A stretch of DNA of 60,243 nucleotides, the filler included, from Circinaria calcarea (lineage: Eukaryota): the NCBI GenBank assembly GCA_051942165.1. It is 13 parts of 13 records of this genome, joined end to end, with 100 filler letters (N's around TTAATTAATTAA, not from the genome) between each part and the next. Parts side by side here need not be neighbours in the genome. Positions count along the whole stretch, not along the records: positions 32,534 to 37,071 come from JAVECS010002284.1; positions 37,172 to 41,709 come from JAVECS010002285.1; positions 41,810 to 46,344 come from JAVECS010002286.1; positions 46,445 to 50,979 come from JAVECS010002287.1; 9 more parts are not named here. One strand, written 5' to 3'. This document shows positions 36,031 through 48,437 of the stretch, one piece after another. The notes beneath the pieces are model-generated. The model had not been told where the DNA came from, did no database searches, and saw only the letters and a program-made list of their open reading frames with translations. Each line of letters begins with the position of its first letter. Within the stretch, counting starts at the first letter, position 1. The position numbers and the translations under genes were made by a program.

Positions 36031-36956
36031 TAACCTTTTAGCGCATATGCTATGAATTACACCTCTGTACAGGGCCTTAGCGTGACGAGTAATCCCGCAA
36101 TAGAACATACCACAGTACGATTCCTTATATCTTTGGGCACCTCAACAGAAGAATCATCCATGGCCCAAAGCAGAAATCTTTCACGTGGGCGGTAGTCCGT
36201 CCTCAGTTGTGATAGTAGAGATATATCTAAATGCGGCTACAAGTGCCTAGGTAGCTACAGCGTGGCGCATACCCTCATTATCTATATCTTCTTGTACAAA
36301 GGGTAGATACGGACTTCAATTATGGACAGTAAGCAGCCTATTCGAAACTGTGTGGGTATTGTAAAAGAAAACTATACTGCAGGTTCCCTTCCCCTCCTCA
36401 TCACATGTACATGCTTGCTGCCACGGTTGACGTGCCGCGAGGACAGCCATGGCACACGACAGGAAGGGCTTGGTGTAACAATTGGCGAAAATTGGCGAAC
36501 AGATGGACCCAAGCGGGAACTTTCTTCCCCACACTCTTCCTACGTCAAGGTACGTATCTTTGTTGACAGCTTTGCAACAGTCCAAGCGTTATAAAGAGCC
36601 CAAGACCTTTGCTGAGAACTTTAGCTAATAAGCCTGTCCTTCTAGGAGAATACTCACCGACTAGTACTCGAGGAATATCTCCCCAAAGCACTATAAAAAC
36701 CAAGTAAATACCCCTGCCAGATCCATTGCGCCCTCGTTTTCAAGGGTTTAGGAGGCTGTATACATTCTTCTTCGCAAGTGGAAGCTCGCAGCTTCCTATA
36801 GTGGAACCGAGGAGGAGCATTGCAGCCATTTTCTTACAATGGGTTGAACGTAACTGACAGGTTGTTTCCCTCTAGATTCAAAACCAAGCCAACGGCGGCC
36901 CGCAGGAATCCTTTTGTCCCACACAAAACGCTTCGAGTACGGCATATACAGTCAAC

Positions 36957-37071
36957 ATGCCTCTATCACAAGCCAAGGTCAAAAGCGTTCTCTCGGGCGA
37001 CACATTGGTCTTAACCAGCGTCAACAATCCCAATCAAGAAAGGGTACTAAGCCTGGCGTTTGTAAGCGCAC
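36957..37071 (+). CDS. SND1: Tudor staphylococcal nuclease (SND1/p100), N-terminus only
   Basis: MPLSQAKVKSVLSGDTLVLTSVNNPNQERVLSLAFVSA matches the start of the first SNase domain (VK.VLSGD...ER.LSLA.V.AP). Confidence 0.85.
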
Positions 37072-37171
37072 NNNNNNNNNNNNNNNNNNNNNNNNNNNNN
37101 NNNNNNNNNNNNNNNTTAATTAATTAANNNNNNNNNNNNNNNNNNNNNNNNNNNNNNNNNNNNNNNNNNNN
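37072..37171. other. artificial contig spacer
   Basis: 44 N + TTAATTAATTAA + 44 N. Confidence 0.99.
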
Positions 37172-37785
37172 TCCTATGTCCAGTCCCGCACCATCATGTA
37201 CATGTATACGAAGAGGAACGGATGGACTAGTCCACCCGGTGGCTGAATAAGGCGGTGCTTCTGCTGTGAGGATATAGTTGTAGTAAGGACCTCGATGCTC
37301 GGTCATTGTCACCACGGCCGGAGAACTTCCCGTCGCAAACATTGCATAGTAAGTTGTATTTGGTACCGTGTTCAGATTGTAGGCGGACACGAAATACACG
37401 AAAACCGTGGTTCCCTGCGGTCCCTGTTGAGGCGTGTAATGGGAGACTTCCGAGATCTGGTGAAGTGGAATACTAGACGCGGGAGACTGGGAACTCTCGA
37501 AGGCCGAGCGCGACTGGAGTGGGTTATTGACTCCATACGGCTCCTGGTGCCTAGTATACGGACTTAAAGATTGGTGCATGTGAGGCTGGGTGAAGCTAGG
37601 TGTAGCGTGTGCTGGATACATGGTTTCATGGAGTGATCGACTGGTATCATAATCTGCATTTAAATTTCAGTCATAGGACTCCGAAGTATCTAAGAGATAC
37701 AACCAGATATCGACTCATGTGAGAATTGGATAGGGTACGGCCTACCTTTAACATCTGGAATTGGAGATTTCTCGTAGCCTGACAT
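37172..37785 (-). CDS. medA: Medusa (MedA/ACON-3/Ren1-like) developmental regulator, 5' part (3' truncated; start may lie further upstream); exons 37785-37746, 37653-<37172
   Basis: MSGYEKSPIPDVK|DYDTSRS...EVSHYTPQQGPQGTTVFVYF.SAYNL...MFA...YILTAEAPPYSATG..SPSVPL resembles the N-terminal region of MedA as I recall it. Confidence 0.8.
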
Positions 37786-40700
37786 GGATAATAAAGCCGT
37801 TTGAATGTGGCTGTGGGCCAATGGGCCGGTGCCAGATTCGCTCCCGATACCCAACGCCACAGCTTCTGCCAACTCGAGAGAGTCGTCGAGGATGATTGGG
37901 GACCGAAGATTCTGCACCACGCTGAACATTAGTTGGTGTGATCGTCCCGCAACGCTCACATTCGTGTATGGACGCTCCATTCAATACACGCTTGATGTTG
38001 CTGTGACGTGAATCGACTGAACTCAGGAGGCAGACGGGATCCCGCTCTGCATAGTGCATTCCTTTCGGCTTACCGAAAGGAAGCTGCACAGCCTGAACGG
38101 TGCTAGATTGGATCGAATCTCCACATACCTGAGGTCCTTGATGTTGATAGAAAGCTGGGCTTAATATTTTAGTCATTGGCTTTGAAAAGACGAGCAGACG
38201 AGATGAAGGCGGTTTATGCAGGAAGAACTGCCAGGAAGTCGAAGTTCAAGTGAACGTAAGGGCGTGGAGTGGTGCCCGATGCGAGGTTGGTCTGCGGTTT
38301 ACATTCGGACGAGGCGCGAAAGGAGAGAAGTGAGGATGTCTGAGATGTCTGGAGGGGAGTGGTGATTCCCTAGGGCTTTGTGGACAGCTTCTCCGACGGG
38401 ACATGGGAGGTACTTAATCAGTGGAGGACCAGGGCTTTTGATGTTCGTGCTGGCTGATAGACCACCTGTTCGCGCTAGAGGACCAATCTCCCAGCTAGCC
38501 CGCTCGAGGTTTCGGGAAGCTGAATCGATTCAAACAACGAGAACAACGAGGCATCCAGATGGGGATCTGAGTCATCGATAAGTACCAGGATAAAAGTAAA
38601 GTAGCTTCGCATACCTGCAGCGAACAGCTGGGAGAGATCGTCTTACCCGGACAAAGAAGCTGAAGGGGACGACTGCCCTGGGAAGAAGGCCGCTGCCGTG
38701 CAAGTCTCACGAAGGGAGGAGCCGGTTGGGGAGGTTGCTTTTTTTCTCTTTGAGCTATGAGAGCGGTAGAAGAAACCGCCCACATGAAATGGCCGAATGA
38801 AAGGCTCTCGATGAGACGTTAGGCGAAGTAAGGGGTGAAGTTCAATTGGTGGGGTATCAACCCTATGATCCGGGAGAGTGCCTCACCTGGCACAGGGCGG
38901 ATCAAAAAACAACAACAACTTTAGGCAGCAGACCATATACATGCACACCGAGGGGCGTAGTCAGTAACAATACTCGAGCAGACCAATCATCGAGAACTTT
39001 GGGTCAGTGAGCCGCCTGCCAGCGTCCAGCGTGAATAAAGGCGGTGGTGAGCAGGCTCTTCGTTCAACGGTCCGCCACAACCTCCCGGATCACGTTTCGT
39101 ACCTCTGGTTTGAACGTCGACAACTCGGGACAGCACATAAGGTCGGCCGGCTCCTGATTCGACGGCAATACCACTCTTTGGATCCTACCGTTAGATGGAC
39201 GTGACGCGAATCAGAATACCGATGGTGGCGAGGCAGTGGCTCGGTTCCTCGTGGCTGAAGGCGGAGCAGTATCAGCCAGCTCAAACGAACGACAGGTATA
39301 AAACCGTGTGAAGCAGGACGATCAAGATACGGTATCAAGGGCGCCGGACTATTTTCTTATGCCAAACGAGCGTGTGCATCAGGATCAGTGAGAGAGTAGT
39401 GACGACGACAACGATGATTATATTCTAGCCTAGACCTGGTGGGCCACTGGAGGGTGTTTTGTCAAAAGGTGGCTTAAAGTAAGGTTGGGCAGGTCGCTTT
39501 ACGGGTAGCATAACATCTCTGATATTATGCTAAAACGCCAACGCCAGGAATATATCTCGGTAGAGATCTCCAGCGTGCATGGAGCAACCGTCATGCCAGG
39601 ATGGAGCCTCTAGGATGAATGACAAGGGGGGGGAAGGGCATGGAATCATTGGTCCTGGCGGGCCAACTGGGCTCGAGAGGCCACTGCTCCTCGAGAAGCT
39701 CCGCCCCATGATGATTGTTGTACTGGACCGACGGCTTCCCCCTTGACGGGGTCGGTCGGTCACGCCGGGCAGAACGATGCAGCATCCGGTTCAAATGGAC
39801 GGGGATGGCAAAGTGTCAGAGGGTACGGAGTAAATGGGATTCGCAGTAGTGATGGACTCTAGGGATGCGGGCCTAGAACGGGCACCGGTTTCTGTTTCTG
39901 TTCCGTTGGATCGGGGTCATGAGCACAACTGCTCTGTGACCCCGACTTAGGGGCCTTTTCCGTTCTTCGACAGTAAGGAGAGGGTTGCCAGATGCCTGGC
40001 CTGCTACTATGAATAGCTCACCGAAAACCCGCCTAATCCCAAAGGATCCGGAGGGTGGCCATGACTCGGACCGGGGGAGCCCCCTGCAGCCGCCGATCTG
40101 ATTCGCTGCTGCATGATTAGGCTCACGCTGAGGAGGATAATCGACCGTGCAAGAGCCTACCACAGCAGAGGCGAGAGAACACCCCCCCCCCCGGTCTGCC
40201 GAATTCCATCAGTTGGGCCCTACGCTAAACTACTTGGTCCCTATCTCGTACCGAACGACCTTGGAGAACCTGCCTTGCGTCTTTGATAAAATATTCTGCG
40301 CACCTATCGGCGCATTTGTATCAGCTTTTGAACTACGGAGTACGCAGACATCACCTATTGCCGCGAAACGCTCATCGTTTTCCTTTAACCCGACCGACCC
40401 TCACACGGATCTTTCGCGCTTCAAGCTCCCTGAGTGGCTGCGATTTCGCTCCTGCTTCGACAATCGACAAACTCGTCCCTTCCCTTCCCTTCCCTTCCCT
40501 CCCGGCATCCACTCCTCGCTTCCATCAAACACCACCCCTTGGGAGCACGTCAAAGCGACTGGTTCCCTCGACCGAGTGCATTGCTTGCCCTCGGCCCACC
40601 ACCGCGTCGTCGAGACTATTCCTGGCCTGTCAGGCAGCACGGAATATCCAGGAGAAATGTCGGTAAACCGCAATCAAAACGGCTAAGGGAGGCAAATGGT

Positions 40701-41709
40701 CCGGAGTAGAGCCCGTCGAAACCCTTTCGAGTTTCGCCAAATCGACTCCGCCCCGGTGGTCAAAGGTTTGTAACGATGGGTTTGGCGGATCGGGAGTACT
40801 TCTAACGGTTGATCGACGGGAGGTGTGCTCCTACAGTGGGATGTTTGTGGATGCTGTTACCAACCCTCCTTCATTGCCGCAGGTCAGGAAGAAGAAAACC
40901 TTGGAGAGTGACGGGTATAGAAGAGTGGTGAGTTGATAGGCCGATATAAGGTCCCCGAACTATTCATAGACTTCACAATCAACGTCAGCCTGATACTACC
41001 GTAAGCCCGTGACATCATCTTTTTAGCTGAGGGCGAGGCATAGGATTACCCGTTCGAGATGGTCTCTGGTCAATAAGCCTCGGAATTCGGTAGCGGTCGA
41101 AAGGGGTTAGCGTATCTTTGGCCGTTTCTCCCTCTGGCATTCTGTGGCTTTCTTCAGCCCCTTTGCAAATTACCATAGTAACATCACCAAAGTTCCCGTG
41201 ATGGCGACCACAGCTCATGCTCAGCTACTGTACTCCCTTGTTTGGCTCCGTGTGTCGAGAAACTTTGGGGTGGAACATGCCGCATTGGCAATGTTTGTTA
41301 ATCGTCGCCCGTAATCTCCGGGTCCGAACTGGCAAACGTGTGGAAAGAGAAAGAAGACTGGCGAGTACGTCTCTGATATGGGTATTGGAGCCATGGCGCC
41401 AGTAAACCACTCCGCGATTGCCTTTCATGTCAGCTCACCGCAGAGCCAATCTCCGCTGTTCGTTTCTTCCTTTGTACATGTGCGAACCGATACGGCAAGC
41501 AGCATGAGCTGATAGCTCACCCATGTCATGAGAGATGGCAAGCAGCTTCAGCGCTGCACTGCGGGCAAAAAACCAGCTACCGTCAGTGGCTTACTGCTGG
41601 ATCATGGATATTGCCACGGCAAATGGCAATGTCGATGGGACCCTAGAAGTCTTTGTGCGCCTTTCGAATTCAACAAAGCGCTTGCATGAGCTACTAAGCA
41701 GCCGTGTCC

Positions 41710-41809
41710 NNNNNNNNNNNNNNNNNNNNNNNNNNNNNNNNNNNNNNNNNNNNTTAATTAATTAANNNNNNNNNNNNNNNNNNNNNNNNNNNNNNNNNNN
41801 NNNNNNNNN
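41710..41809. other. artificial contig spacer
   Basis: 44 N + TTAATTAATTAA + 44 N. Confidence 0.99.
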
Positions 41810-42101
41810 TTGTATACTATCAACGGTGTCATCAGCTCGGTCATCAAGGGCTAGATTGATTGGGGGGCTAAAGAATCCAAAGTATCGTCTTCATTAGTAA
41901 AACGTACTTCTCCATGTCATTCTGCTTCTCGTCCGGCTCAAGGGTATAAATCATAGTGGAAGTTGATTAAGCCCCTTAGGCCCATGTACTACAGCTCTTG
42001 CAATGTGCAGGAATTTGAGCCCGCCAACGAAAGCTGACCCAGCCAGTTCAGTTTAAGATTTTCTTTAACCCGATGCCCATGTTCCCGAATAGCTCACCAA
42101 A

Positions 42102-44448
42102 TTGTGGCGATTCGGTATCACTATTGGTACCCTACTGGCGACCATTGTATTCTTCGCCAACATGAGTGTCCTCGTCTGGGTCTTCGCTAGCAATAAGCCT
42201 CTTGGTTCACTTAACACGATATATGAAGGGAGCTGCCCAACAGTAAGGATATCATCCATGTGGTTACATCTCGGAATCAACTTCTCTAGCACATTACTAC
42301 TTGGTGCAAGTAACTACTGCATGCAGTGCCTGTCTTCTCCGACAAGTAAAGAGGTCGATTTTGCTCACGCCAATCATAAATCACTTGAGATAGGGCTTCT
42401 CAGCGTAAAGAATCTACGAGGAATCAGCCGCAAAAGAGTACTGCTATGGAGTCTTCTCGGACTGAGCTCATTTCCACTACATTTGCTGTATGTTGCTTGA
42501 TCCCATTTCACCCTCGGCTTACTTGCACTCCCTATTAGTCCCATTAAATCGGAGATACGAATTACAGATGGAATGCTGCTGTCTTCGAAACTATTGCTGC
42601 CAACGACTATCTCGCGGTTTTGGTCACCCAAGAATTTCTTCATGGTGGACAATGGAATATCGAACCTAACACTGATTACTACCCTGATGGCCATCCTGGC
42701 CACTACGAAGGCGCAATTCAAGCCTTGCAAGAACGAGCCACTTCTTTGGAATATCTAGATAATGCAGCATGCATTAAAGCTTACCAGTCAGGTTTCATAA
42801 ATGAGCGTCGCAGTGTGCTGATTGTATCGAATGCTCTCGACAGATCGAATGGGGTAATTCGATTTGAGGACATAATGTCAGATTCAGGGAACTACGATTG
42901 GCTGTGCGATCCCGCACAGTCCGCAATATTCTCTACTTGCAACTCGAACACCCTGATCAGGAACTCGGATAACTGGACTCTTAGCGGGGGTAACAAGAGC
43001 TATGGCTCCTTTCTTAATAACGGCCCTGTACGCGGCCGAGTCCTGTATTGTCTTAGTGAGCCACTGGAACGAGGAAGTTGCCAGTTAGTGGCTAGTCTTC
43101 CGATACTAATCGCCGTTACTGTATGCAATCTGGTGAAAATCCTGTGTCTCATAGCGACCCATTTGGTGGCGGAGAATGACTTATTAGTGACAACTGGAGA
43201 CGCAGTACAACCGTTTCTTAGCGTCCCTGATGCGAATCCAGCACATCAGCACATTATCAATCCAGAAAACCGATTTAGAAAAATCGAGGATGGTTGGTCG
43301 ATAGTGACTGCGTGATTAAGAGATGAAAACCACTGCCGAAAAGGTTCTTCGACGCGGACGATGGAACGCGCTGGGTGATATGCATTGCACCGTAAGTCAG
43401 CGCGCTCTTAGAGATTCATTCATCGGCTCTGACATACACGCAGGTGATAGCCATGATTACTCTTACCTGCTCCTTGTTTTTCACTCGGGCAGATTCGGAG
43501 CCCTCATGGAACTTTGGAGGTGGCGAGGAGGACGTCTCCAATCTCATTCACTCTGAATTCAACCGCAGCTTTTTAACCACTGTAGTTCTTATCAATCTCC
43601 CTCAGCTTATCGTTTCTTACATCTACGTTGTATACAACGGTCTCTTCACATGTATGCTTCTCACCGCTGAATGGAGCCGATATGCTCATCATCGCAAAGG
43701 CCTTCGGGTAACGCATCCCAGAGGTCAGCAACGCTCAACTTATTACCTACAGCTACCTTATAGATATGCGATTCCGCTACTCATCTTCTCGGGTCTACTT
43801 CATTGGCTCATCTCCCAGAACATCACCGTGGTCCGCGTAACCATTTTCGACTTTAGGGGCATCATTAGGCAGAGAATTTCAGCGGGTGCATGTTCTTCAT
43901 TGGCCCTGATCCTATCCGTGAGCTTGGGGGCCATCTTGATAATCCTGGCTTTACTTGTCGGATTTCTTCGAAAATATCAGCCGGGTATGCCGTCCGCAGC
44001 AACCAGCAGCGCTTTAATCAGCGTGGTTTGCCATCCGCCTGAAGACGAGGTCGGTGCTACCTTTTTGCCGGTCATGTTTGGAATAGTTGAGGCGGGAGAT
44101 GGAGTTAAAAGGGCTACGTTCAGTAGCAAGGTGGTTACGCCAATCGTTCCATCCTCGATAACGCATGCGTCACCACGGCCTTACGATGGGACTTCTAGTA
44201 GTACTACTGGACACAAGACTTCACGCCACGCATGTCTTCCAAAACGGTTATTCGTTAAGAAAACGGGGCTCGAGGATGCAAAAATTGACAACGATGAGAG
44301 TATGCTGGTGGAAGAGAAGAGAATGTTGCAATTGGAAAATCTTCCAGCGGAGAGTTTGATGAGCATGATCGGAGACGAGTCGAGTTGGGAGGAGAATGGG
44401 ATGATAGAAGAGACGGTGGGGCAGGTTTTGACCAACGATACGGACTAA
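42102..44448 (+). pseudogene. DUF6536-type multi-pass membrane protein gene, apparently disrupted near 43270-43330
   Basis: YEGSC, WLHLGIN.SSTLLLGASNYCMQCLSSPT..EVD.AH, LSSFPLHLL, LVTTGDAV, NLPQLIVS, LRVT.PRGQQRSTYYLQLPYRY, LLHWLISQ; the frame stops at 43313-43315 and resumes in another frame. Confidence 0.7.
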
Positions 44449-46344
44449 GGGTCAGTGTTCAGGATAGTGACAAAATAGCCAATGGAATGTACTTGGTTAT
44501 AGGGTGAGCAGACGGGTGCTATATTCTATTTCTAATAACTGGAGAATGAAATTCAGCAGTCGGCCGAGCTGGAGGATGAAATTATAAACCCTACAATAAT
44601 AGAAGAATCGGGCAAACCGCGTCTGTGACCTTATAAATACAAGCTGGCAGTCTGGGGTGCGGCATTCTACATTGTATCACAAAGGCATCTTCAAAATGCG
44701 TATTGATTCATAGAGGGCCCCCCCTTGATATTTATCTGGACATATTGACTTTTCGAGATGCAAGGAAGGAGAGAACCGCTAATCTAGGGCCTTTCGGACT
44801 TTCCTGTCGCTTCTGAACGGGCGTGGGGAATTGGGAATCTTCTTAGATATGAGCACCGAGAAAACGGGTACGTGATGAAAAGACCCATTGCTTTTGCGTG
44901 ACCGTCCTTCTCGGTGCTCTATCTGACATTGTATGTTCCCTTGTGCTTTCAGGGGCAGATTTTCAAGTACCCGGGGGAAAAGATCTATATCCTCTGGCCT
45001 CGAGTTTTGCAGACTCGGATTCTTTCGAGACCCCCCCCCCCCCTTATTTTTAGATCATGTGCTTTACAGTCGGCGTCTTATTCCGATGCTTCAACTCTGC
45101 TATATGGATAGGTTTTAAAACAAGGAGGAGTCTAAGAAGTAAGTTTGCGGCCCGGGTGATTTGAGTCTTTCATCTCTACATAATTAGCGGTACTCGATGT
45201 GGGCCTTTGTTTATATGTCGGGGGGGCACCTTACTCACCTTTCTGCGTTATTTTATCTGTACATAATCCTTCGAGTTGGAAGTCCATATATCCATATAAA
45301 AAGGAAAGGGAAAGTTTGGTACTACCCAGCGTTTCCTTTATTATAGTAAAATGTTTGCTCATCGCGCCGTCCTAACACTCTCGATGCACATACACCGCCT
45401 GTGTTTCCCCCCCCAAAACCGGGTGCACTTCCCCTCTACCAAAACCCATCCCATCGCACTTTTTGATCCCCCATCAAACCGCACCCTGTTCATCCCACTC
45501 CTTTTCTCCCCTTGATATCCCAAACAGGACCAGCCCCCCACGAACCTCGGACCGCGGCAACCGTCCCGGGTGCGAAGGTGCTCGGCACCAAGGATCCTGG
45601 ATCACACTACGGTGTTAGGCAAAATAAACCCTAGCGCGAAATTCTGATAGCTCTTATAACAACCTAAATTAAGCTTCAAAATTCTCAAAAAAAAAGGCTA
45701 ATACACGGTCCATGCTTAACATTCTCTACCCACTTGATAAAAGCATTTTCCATAGCATAGGTAGTTATGAAGAAACAATCATAGCATCAATGCCACCATA
45801 CATTCTTGCATGATCAACAAGGCGTTTCCTGCCCTGATCGAGGTGGATTGTTAAAATGTAGCACTGGATTCGATTTAGATATTATAAGAGACTTCTTTTG
45901 CTTTCCGGTTTTCCGAATCTCCTTGACCACACCACATTGTTCGGGGTGGGGGGGGAGCTACGCCTCTTCCTTCGTGGACATGTATGTCACCCCCGCCAGG
46001 GGCTGGGGCGGTGGATTAAGAGCATTCCACAAAGTCAACCCAGGCGCCCTTTGGTTTTCCCTCCCTCCCTTTCTTTCGAATCCCAAATCCAAATCTATTG
46101 AATATATTGTGGTGGAGCCAAGGCGACTAGTGACTGGGCGCGCATATGGAGTGGGCAGGCAGGCATGGAGGATTCGGATTTTTCTACACATATACACACT
46201 CCTTACACGTTTTAGCAGAGCAGCATAGCAGTTAGAAATGCAGTCCTGATATCGCTTGATATCCCTTCTATATGTGCACTATATTGTAGCAGTCAGTTCA
46301 TGCCATATATCCTCTGATTCTTCACTATTCAGGCTCCCATTACC

Positions 46345-46444
46345 NNNNNNNNNNNNNNNNNNNNNNNNNNNNNNNNNNNNNNNNNNNNTTAATTAATTAA
46401 NNNNNNNNNNNNNNNNNNNNNNNNNNNNNNNNNNNNNNNNNNNN
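46345..46444. other. artificial contig spacer
   Basis: 44 N + TTAATTAATTAA + 44 N. Confidence 0.99.
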
Positions 46445-46462
46445 CCCGCCGCAAGCCGGGAG

Positions 46463-48437
46463 CTAAATGCCCTTCTTCTTCTCCCTCCTCACCCATCTCA
46501 ATCCCACCCTCTCCGGATGCAACATCTCGACCAGCAACACCATTCCACTATCCTGAATCATACTCTTGATTCTACCCCGCGCGGCCTCCATGCTCTTCCC
46601 CTCCCCCTCACGTACAGGCTCGACGCTCCACCCGTCCGCGAACAACGCACTTACTGCGCCTACGAGCTCCACTTGTGCAAATTTCTTCCCGGGACATACG
46701 CGTTCGCCGTCCGCCCACGGCAGGAAGGAACCAGGCGGAGGGGAGGAAAGGGACTCACGATCAAAAGCAGAGTCCCCTATGCCTTTGCCATCGGGGGTAG
46801 GGGTCGGCGGAGTGGTTGCGATCCACCTGGCGGGACGCCATACATCCGCGTCGTCACCCCAGTAACGCGGGTGCGAGTGAATGGAGGGGAAGGTGCAGAT
46901 AATGTTCATTCCCGCCGGGAGGAGGAGGGGTTTCCCGCCAATCTTTAGGGTACGGGGCATGGAGCCGGTGGTCTTGGTAATAGCAGGAAATGGGGTTGAG
47001 GTCCGGAGGGTTTCATACTATATCATCATGAAGACGCGCTTAGTCAGATGATTTCTTGGCTGTAAATGCCACCCTCTGGCTCGGGACGGTTGAAGAGAAA
47101 CTTACGACAACTGCGGTACAACGCTTAAGTTTTGGGAAGGCATCACGGTAGGACACCGTGGCACCTTCCTCCTGACTCTTGCAAACGTGCTGGATCTCTT
47201 CCCCAATCCAGTCCTGAACTTCAGGGTGCGCTGCGAGGTGGGTGATCACATAAGTCAAGGTAATAGCAATAGAATCGTGACCCGCAAAGTTGAAGACGAA
47301 GATGTTGCCGAAGATCTCGGACTCGGTTAAGCCCATGTTGGAGCGACGCCCCTCCATCTTGCCGTGATCCTCTTCCGCCGCCGCCTTCGCCTCTTCAGAT
47401 GCGTGGACCATAGTGCTGATAAAGTTACCCGTGTTGCCCTTGCCTTCGGTGATCAGGCGTTTTCCTCTTTGATTGTCTTGGCAATATGCGACTTGAAGAT
47501 GCTCGTCGCTTCCCCGACGAGAGACCAATGTTTAGGGAGGTAGCGCCGCAGGCTACCCGTGAGGACTTTGGGGCCCAGAAGCATGATCAGGATCGCGTTC
47601 TCCAGAATTAGATGGAGCGAATCTTTATAGGTCAAGGAATTTCCTTGTCAAACTTCTTCGGCCGCGCGATCAAAGGAATACGATTTCCCGAATCCGGTGG
47701 CCGAGAGGACATGCAGAGAAAATCGCCTCACGTCTTTGCCTGTGTGTCTAATATCGGGAGTTCCTTTCCAGTAGTCGAGCATTTCTCTGGCCTGGCGGAT
47801 GCATTCGGTCCAGACAAGATTCATGTTCGGTTCGCCGAACGGAGGGCCAGTAGCTTTACGGTGTCTTTGCCAATCTTTACCCTCAACCTAGGAGAATAGG
47901 TTAGATGACTGTCATTGATGCAGGAAACGATAATACATGCAATAGAGAGATTAGGGCCGAAGACATCAAGCACCGCTATAAAATCAGTTTCGTCAGCAAG
48001 TGCCGTAGAACAAAAAAATAAATAAACGCACCCATTATCTCCAAGGGTCTTTTAAACTCGGTCCTCCGTTGAAGTAGCTCCGTGAGCGTTTCTGCATTGC
48101 AGACGTACAGCCAGTTCTTGCCAGTAGTAACTAGAATAAATGTATCACCGAGTTCAAGAAGAGTATTAGCCCTGTCATGAATGTCCTATCTGTGATGAGC
48201 GTATCGAGTAAAAGATCCTGACCTTAAAGGAATCCAGCTCAGCACGTAGTCGATGTAGGGCCCAAGATAATCACTGACCAGCATCCACACCGGGCTCTCA
48301 GGATTGACGGGCACCATGACGATAGGAGCCCCAACACGGCGCGCAACTGCGTAATTGGAGGCCAGAGTGTATGCATTCCACAAGACCCAGGTGATGGGGA
48401 GCAAGAGCACCGCCGACCAGAGTCGGAGATCCGCCAT
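46463..48437 (-). pseudogene. cytochrome P450 pseudogene (full length, 4 exons)
   Basis: N-terminal anchor, WQRHRK, I-helix FAGHDS, ETLR, WRPARW, heme motif FLPWADGERVCPG; in-frame TAG 48186-48188, TGA 47648-47650, and a frameshift near 47460. Confidence 0.88.

Noticed and set aside
45612..45800. TGTTAG-starting AT-richer stretch as a solo LTR
   Set aside because: No matching end, TSD or second copy is visible in the window.
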